DNA of 61,018 nt, the filler included, from Candidatus Babelota bacterium (GTDB lineage Bacteria > JAGOBX01), in NCBI GenBank assembly GCA_017999075.1. It is 10 parts of 10 records of this genome, joined end to end, with 100 filler letters (N's around TTAATTAATTAA, not from the genome) between each part and the next. Parts side by side here need not be neighbours in the genome. Positions count along the whole stretch, not along the records: positions 55,089 to 61,018 come from JAGOBX010000247.1; 9 more parts are not named here. One strand, given 5' to 3'. Position 1 is the first letter of the stretch. Each line of letters starts with the position of its first letter. Position numbers and translations under genes: made by a program. A model generated the notes under the pieces. The model saw only the letters and a list, made by a program, of their open reading frames with translations, was not told where the DNA came from and ran no database searches. Below, piece after piece: positions 55,092 to 61,018 of the stretch.

Positions 55092-55571
55092 ATGGTTCAA
55101 ATAAATTTTTCGATACTTGCGAATACTTTAAGTTTTGCAGTGTTGTTATATTTTTTAATAAAATATTTAACCCGTCCTATAACAAAGTTATTAGATGATC
55201 GGGCTGAAAAAATTAAAGAATCAATTACAAAAGCCAAAGCTGAAGAACAGCGGTTGAAAGAACTTCAGGAAGAATATACTCAAAAGATTCAGGTTGAATT
55301 GAATGCTGCTAAAGAAGTCAGGCACGAGGCAAGAAAATTTGCTGAAGAAGAAAAAAAACGCATTATCGAAGAAGCAAAAAAAACAGCGGAATATTTACAG
55401 TTTAAAGCGGAAAAAACAATTCAAATCGAATATGAAAATGCAAAAAAAAATCTTGAAAAACAGGTTTTACAGTATGCTGTAGTAATTGCCCAAAAAATTA
55501 TTCAGAAAGAACTGGATGCTGAAAAACATCAGTCTATAGTAAATGATTATATGAACAGAATAGGAGGATAA
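55092..55571 (+). CDS. atpF: ATP synthase F0 subunit b
   Basis: N-terminal TM, PITKLLDDRAEKI, long coiled coil; position in operon. Confidence 0.93.
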   Translation: MVQINFSILANTLSFAVLLYFLIKYLTRPITKLLDDRAEKIKESITKAKAEEQRLKELQEEYTQKIQVELNAAKEVRHEARKFAEEEKKRIIEEAKKTAEYLQFKAEKTIQIEYENAKKNLEKQVLQYAVVIAQKIIQKELDAEKHQSIVNDYMNRIGG

Positions 55572-55573
55572 AT

Positions 55574-56134
55574 TTGAGCAATATCAATAATGTTGTAGCA
55601 TTTAATTTATCGTCCAGGTATACTGATTCTCTGATAAATATAGGAATAAAGAATAATACTGTTGATGAAATGTATAAAAATATGAAAGAACTACGCAGTA
55701 TATTTGGAGCAAACAATAAAAAACTGGTTGAGATAATAAAAGCCAATTCAATCAGCGAAACTGAAAAAAAAAGTCTTCTTGAGGTAATATTTAAAAACGG
55801 GAATTATCTAAAGGAAGTTAAAAATTTATTTTATCTGATTCTTGAAAAAAACAGGGAATTTTTAATAGATTATATTTTCAAAAGTTTTTCTCACAGATAT
55901 CATATTTTGAGAAATATGATAAATGTTTATGTTGAAAGCGCTGTTCAGCTTGAAGACGGTGTAAGGAACAGGATAAAAGATTTTTTAAAGAAACAAACTG
56001 GTAAAACAATTTTATATAATGAAAAAGTCAATCCTGATTTGGTTGGCGGATTAGTTATAAAATTCGGGGAAAAGACTTTGAATTGCAGTTTGTCGCGCAA
56101 TATAGAACTTATGAGTAAAGAGTTATTAAATTAA
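55574..56134 (+). CDS. atpH: ATP synthase F1 subunit delta
   Basis: [28 protein letters not shown] start after AGGAGG. Confidence 0.92.
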   Translation: MSNINNVVAFNLSSRYTDSLINIGIKNNTVDEMYKNMKELRSIFGANNKKLVEIIKANSISETEKKSLLEVIFKNGNYLKEVKNLFYLILEKNREFLIDYIFKSFSHRYHILRNMINVYVESAVQLEDGVRNRIKDFLKKQTGKTILYNEKVNPDLVGGLVIKFGEKTLNCSLSRNIELMSKELLN

Positions 56135-56151
56135 AAGAGGTGAATCTCAAT

Positions 56152-57675
56152 ATGCAAATTAAGCCGGAAGAGATTAGTTCGATAATCGAAGAAAAAATTA
56201 AACATCTTGAAACTAAAGTCGAATCTGCTGAAGAAGGAATAGTTCTGCAGGTCGGTGATGGTATTGCGAGAATAAGCGGATTAGCAAACGCTATGTCAGG
56301 AGAACTTCTTGAGTTTCCACAGCATATTCATGGAATAGTGTTGAATCTTGAAGAAGGCAATATAGGAGCTGCTATACTTGGAGATTATAAAAAAATAAGA
56401 GAAGGAGATAAAGTCCGGCTTACTGGAAAAATTGCATCTGTTCCAACAGGCGACGCGATGATAGGCAGAGTTGTAAATTCGCTTGGAGAACCAATTGACG
56501 GCAAAGGTCCGATTAAAACAAATGATTTTTCTTTTATAGAAAAAATTGCTCCGGGTATTGTTGACCGTCAGCCTGTTAAAGAACCATTATATACTGGAAT
56601 TAAAGCTATAGATGCTATGATACCTATTGGAAGGGGTCAGCGCGAATTGATTATCGGAGACAGGCAGACAGGTAAAACAGCGATAGCATTAGACACAATT
56701 ATAAATCAGAAGAAAACAGGAGTTATCTGCATATATGTTGCAATAGGCCAGAAAAAATCTACTGTTGCAAATGTTGTCCGAACTCTTGAAGAATATGGAG
56801 CGATGTCATACACGATTATAGTTTCTTCAACAGCTTCGGAACCGGCTCCGCTTCAATATATAGCCCCGTATTCGGGATGCGCAATCGGAGAATATTTCCG
56901 CGATAAGGGAAAAGCGGTTTTATGCATATACGATGACTTATCCAAACATGCTGTTGCATACAGACAGATGTCATTGCTTTTAAGAAGACCGCCTGGACGC
57001 GAAGCATATCCTGGAGATGTATTTTATCTGCATTCGAGATTGCTGGAACGCGCATGTAAATATTCTGATGAAAAAGGCGGCGGTTCATTGACAGCGCTGC
57101 CTATAATCGAAACTCAGGCAGGAGATGTTTCAGCGTATATTCCAACAAACGTTATTTCAATAACAGACGGTCAGATATTTCTTGAAAGTAATTTATTTTA
57201 TTCAGGACAAAGACCTGCAGTTAATGTCGGAATATCAGTTTCAAGAGTTGGAGGAAATGCTCAGGTTAAAGCTACAAAACAGGTAGCAGGAAAACTTAAA
57301 CTTAGTCTTGCGCAATACAGAGAACTTGCTGCATTTGCAAAATTCGGAGCAGATCTTGATAAAGCTACTCAGGCGCAGCTTCATCGTGGAGAACGTTTGA
57401 CGGAAGTTTTAAAACAAGGGCAATACTGTCCTATGCCGCTTGAAGAAGAGGTTTTGACCATATATACTGCTGTAAACGGTTTTCTTGATGACATTGATGT
57501 TCATGTTATTTTAAAATTTATAGATGGATTACTTCAGTATGCTAAAGATAAATATAAATCCATTCTTGATGAAATAAGCGATAAGAAAGTTTTGTCTGAT
57601 GATTTGATGAAAAAAATTAATGATATGATAAATGACTATAAGAAAACTCATCAGATGGTTTCTAAGAAACATTAA
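56152..57675 (+). CDS. atpA: ATP synthase F1 subunit alpha
   Basis: [36 protein letters not shown]. Confidence 0.99.
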   Translation: MQIKPEEISSIIEEKIKHLETKVESAEEGIVLQVGDGIARISGLANAMSGELLEFPQHIHGIVLNLEEGNIGAAILGDYKKIREGDKVRLTGKIASVPTGDAMIGRVVNSLGEPIDGKGPIKTNDFSFIEKIAPGIVDRQPVKEPLYTGIKAIDAMIPIGRGQRELIIGDRQTGKTAIALDTIINQKKTGVICIYVAIGQKKSTVANVVRTLEEYGAMSYTIIVSSTASEPAPLQYIAPYSGCAIGEYFRDKGKAVLCIYDDLSKHAVAYRQMSLLLRRPPGREAYPGDVFYLHSRLLERACKYSDEKGGGSLTALPIIETQAGDVSAYIPTNVISITDGQIFLESNLFYSGQRPAVNVGISVSRVGGNAQVKATKQVAGKLKLSLAQYRELAAFAKFGADLDKATQAQLHRGERLTEVLKQGQYCPMPLEEEVLTIYTAVNGFLDDIDVHVILKFIDGLLQYAKDKYKSILDEISDKKVLSDDLMKKINDMINDYKKTHQMVSKKH

Positions 57676-57748
57676 TTTTATGTAATAAAAATTATCAGAA
57701 TAAATAGATTTATTTTGATTTAAAACTAAAAATCGGGTGACATAAAAT

Positions 57749-58648
57749 ATGCCAAGTTTGAAGGATATTCGATTTCGTATAAAAGCTGTTAAAAGCACTC
57801 AGCAAATTACCCGCGCCATGAAAATGGTGGCATCAGCTAAATTTAAGAAGGCTGAGCAATTAACATTGAAATACCGTAATTTTAAAAAGAAAATCGAAGA
57901 AATTGGATTATCATTGGCTATGCGATGCGATGCTAAGGAATATTTTTTGCTGGACAATAATAATTCAAATACAGTTGGGCTTCTGGTTATAACCTCAGAC
58001 AGAGGGTTATGCGGAGCATTTAACAGTTTACTTATGAAATCAGTGCTGAGTTATGTTAGAGAATTGGAATCTGCCGGCAAGAAATGTAAAATATGGGTAA
58101 TCGGCAGAAAAGGAGCGTCATTTTTCTCCAAACAAAAATTAAATATCGAGAAATCTTATATCGGGATATACAGAAACCTTGATATAAAAATTGCCGACAA
58201 TATATCCCGCGAAATGATTGAGCAGTATAGAACTGGCGAAATAGGGAAAATGGTTATATGTTATAATTATTATAAATCAATAATGAGACAGATAATAACT
58301 TATAAAAATGTAATACCTATTTCTGAAAATATCAGTCAGCTAAATGAAACAAATCCTAAACTGAAAAGTGAACTTGAACAGGATACAGAAGATTATATTT
58401 ACGAACCTTCTGAAGTGGAAATTTTAATGAGTTTAATTCCAATGTATATTTCTACCGAAGTATATTCTTCTATAATCGAATCTCAGGTCGGTGAACTTGC
58501 ATCCAGAATGACTGCTATGGATAACGCTACCAATAATGCAATGGAACGCATAAGGATTTTAACTATTCAGTACAACAGATTAAGACAGGCAGCTATTACA
58601 AAAGAAATAGCAGAAATAGTCGGAGGAGCAAGCGCTCTTGAACAATAA
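57749..58648 (+). CDS. atpG: ATP synthase F1 subunit gamma
   Basis: ITRAMKMVA, DRGLCGAFN, RMTAMDNAT, RQAAITKEI. Confidence 0.98.
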   Translation: MPSLKDIRFRIKAVKSTQQITRAMKMVASAKFKKAEQLTLKYRNFKKKIEEIGLSLAMRCDAKEYFLLDNNNSNTVGLLVITSDRGLCGAFNSLLMKSVLSYVRELESAGKKCKIWVIGRKGASFFSKQKLNIEKSYIGIYRNLDIKIADNISREMIEQYRTGEIGKMVICYNYYKSIMRQIITYKNVIPISENISQLNETNPKLKSELEQDTEDYIYEPSEVEILMSLIPMYISTEVYSSIIESQVGELASRMTAMDNATNNAMERIRILTIQYNRLRQAAITKEIAEIVGGASALEQ

Positions 58649-58774
58649 ATGAATATCTTAACTGAATGTTCTGTTTTTGCAGAATGTATTCAGATTGAAA
58701 AATGGGAAAATTTTATGTTTTCTTTTTTTGAAATATAAAAAATAAATAAAAGTAATTAGATATTATGAACCTGA

Positions 58775-60208
<1,434 letters not shown>

Positions 60209-60212
60209 TTTT

Positions 60213-60677
60213 ATGGCTAAAGAAAAAGATAAAAAAGACGATCAATATCAATCCATAAAACTTGAGATAGTTACCAAAGACGGCAACATTGTATTTTCTG
60301 AAAATATAGCAATGGTAAATTTTCCTGGTGAATCAGGAGTATTTACAATTCTTCCCGGGCATACGCCTTTTTTTAGTACGTTACGCGTTGGAACTCTGAA
60401 ATATAAAATGAAAGAAGAAGATGAAAAATATCAATTTGCAAGCGTTATAGGAGGGTTCTGTGAAGCTAACCCTGATTATATAAACGTAATAACAAATGCA
60501 TGCGAACCTGTGCAGAAAATTGATATAAAACGCGCAGAAGAATCTAAAAAAAGGGCTGAACAGCGTATCAAAAATCATGATGAAACTTTTGATTCAGCAA
60601 GGGCTGAAGCATCTTTGGCAAGGGCTATTGCAAGAATTTCTACAGTATCATTTTTTAATCAGCAGCAACAAAACTAA
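60213..60677 (+). CDS. atpC: ATP synthase F1 subunit epsilon
   Basis: LEIVT, GVFTILPGHTP, GGF, IDIKRAE, LARAIAR. Confidence 0.95.
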   Translation: MAKEKDKKDDQYQSIKLEIVTKDGNIVFSENIAMVNFPGESGVFTILPGHTPFFSTLRVGTLKYKMKEEDEKYQFASVIGGFCEANPDYINVITNACEPVQKIDIKRAEESKKRAEQRIKNHDETFDSARAEASLARAIARISTVSFFNQQQQN

Positions 60678-61018
60678 TATTTATTTTATTCCTCGAAAAA
60701 GTATTGAATATATTTTTTCGAGGAATAAAATTATAATACACCTGCTTAATGCATTTCATTATTAAATCCCAAAAAAATTGTTTGTTAGAAAATTGAAAGA
60801 TATTTTAAAAAAGAGTATCTTTATAAAAATAAAATCTCCCCAAAAAATATAAAAATTTTACAATGTATTTGAATTAAAAAAAATACAAAATTAAAAAAAA
60901 ATAAAAATAAAAAAACTTGAAATTTAATTTACAATGTAGTATATTTATAATAGATAAAAAAATGTAATTAAAATAAATAATATTATATAAATTAAATATT
61001 AATATAAAAATTTAATAA

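Overview
This window is not one locus. It is ten contigs of about 6 kb each, joined by nine artificial 100-nt linkers (N44-TTAATTAATTAA-N44), so gene neighbourhood only means something within a contig and many edge genes are truncated. The source looks like a very AT-rich, diderm (kdsA, GT9 heptosyltransferase, porin), anaerobic ([FeFe]-hydrogenase, rubredoxin, DUF362) bacterium using genetic code 11, probably a metagenome-assembled genome. Housekeeping genes: nusG-rplK-rplA-rplJ-rplL-rpoB, atpFHAGDC, gyrB, gltX, ilvC, rpsT, smpB, panD, pdxJ, gcvH, kdsA, cdd. Accessory genes: lemA/DUF3137, two sensor kinases, type I hsdM, a large beta-helix surface protein, an M6 protease and glycan-modification genes. 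Best leads: (1) a pore-less voltage-sensor-domain/HAMP-like membrane protein with an 11-charge S4, in an operon with an unannotated 57-aa membrane protein, panD and a hybrid kinase; (2) a eukaryote-like F-box-associated (FBA) lectin domain in a bacterial surface protein that ends in three uncharacterised repeats; (3) an AsnB / radical SAM / Gfo-Idh-MocA / GT2 cluster suggesting a lipid-linked unusual-sugar pathway; (4) a candidate structured RNA of about 115 nt with its own promoter and terminator. Four single-base lesions (porin nonsense, rubredoxin Cys39Tyr, two homopolymer frameshifts) and a Nextera adapter remnant mean assembly error must be excluded. All family calls are from motif recognition by eye; no database searches were run.
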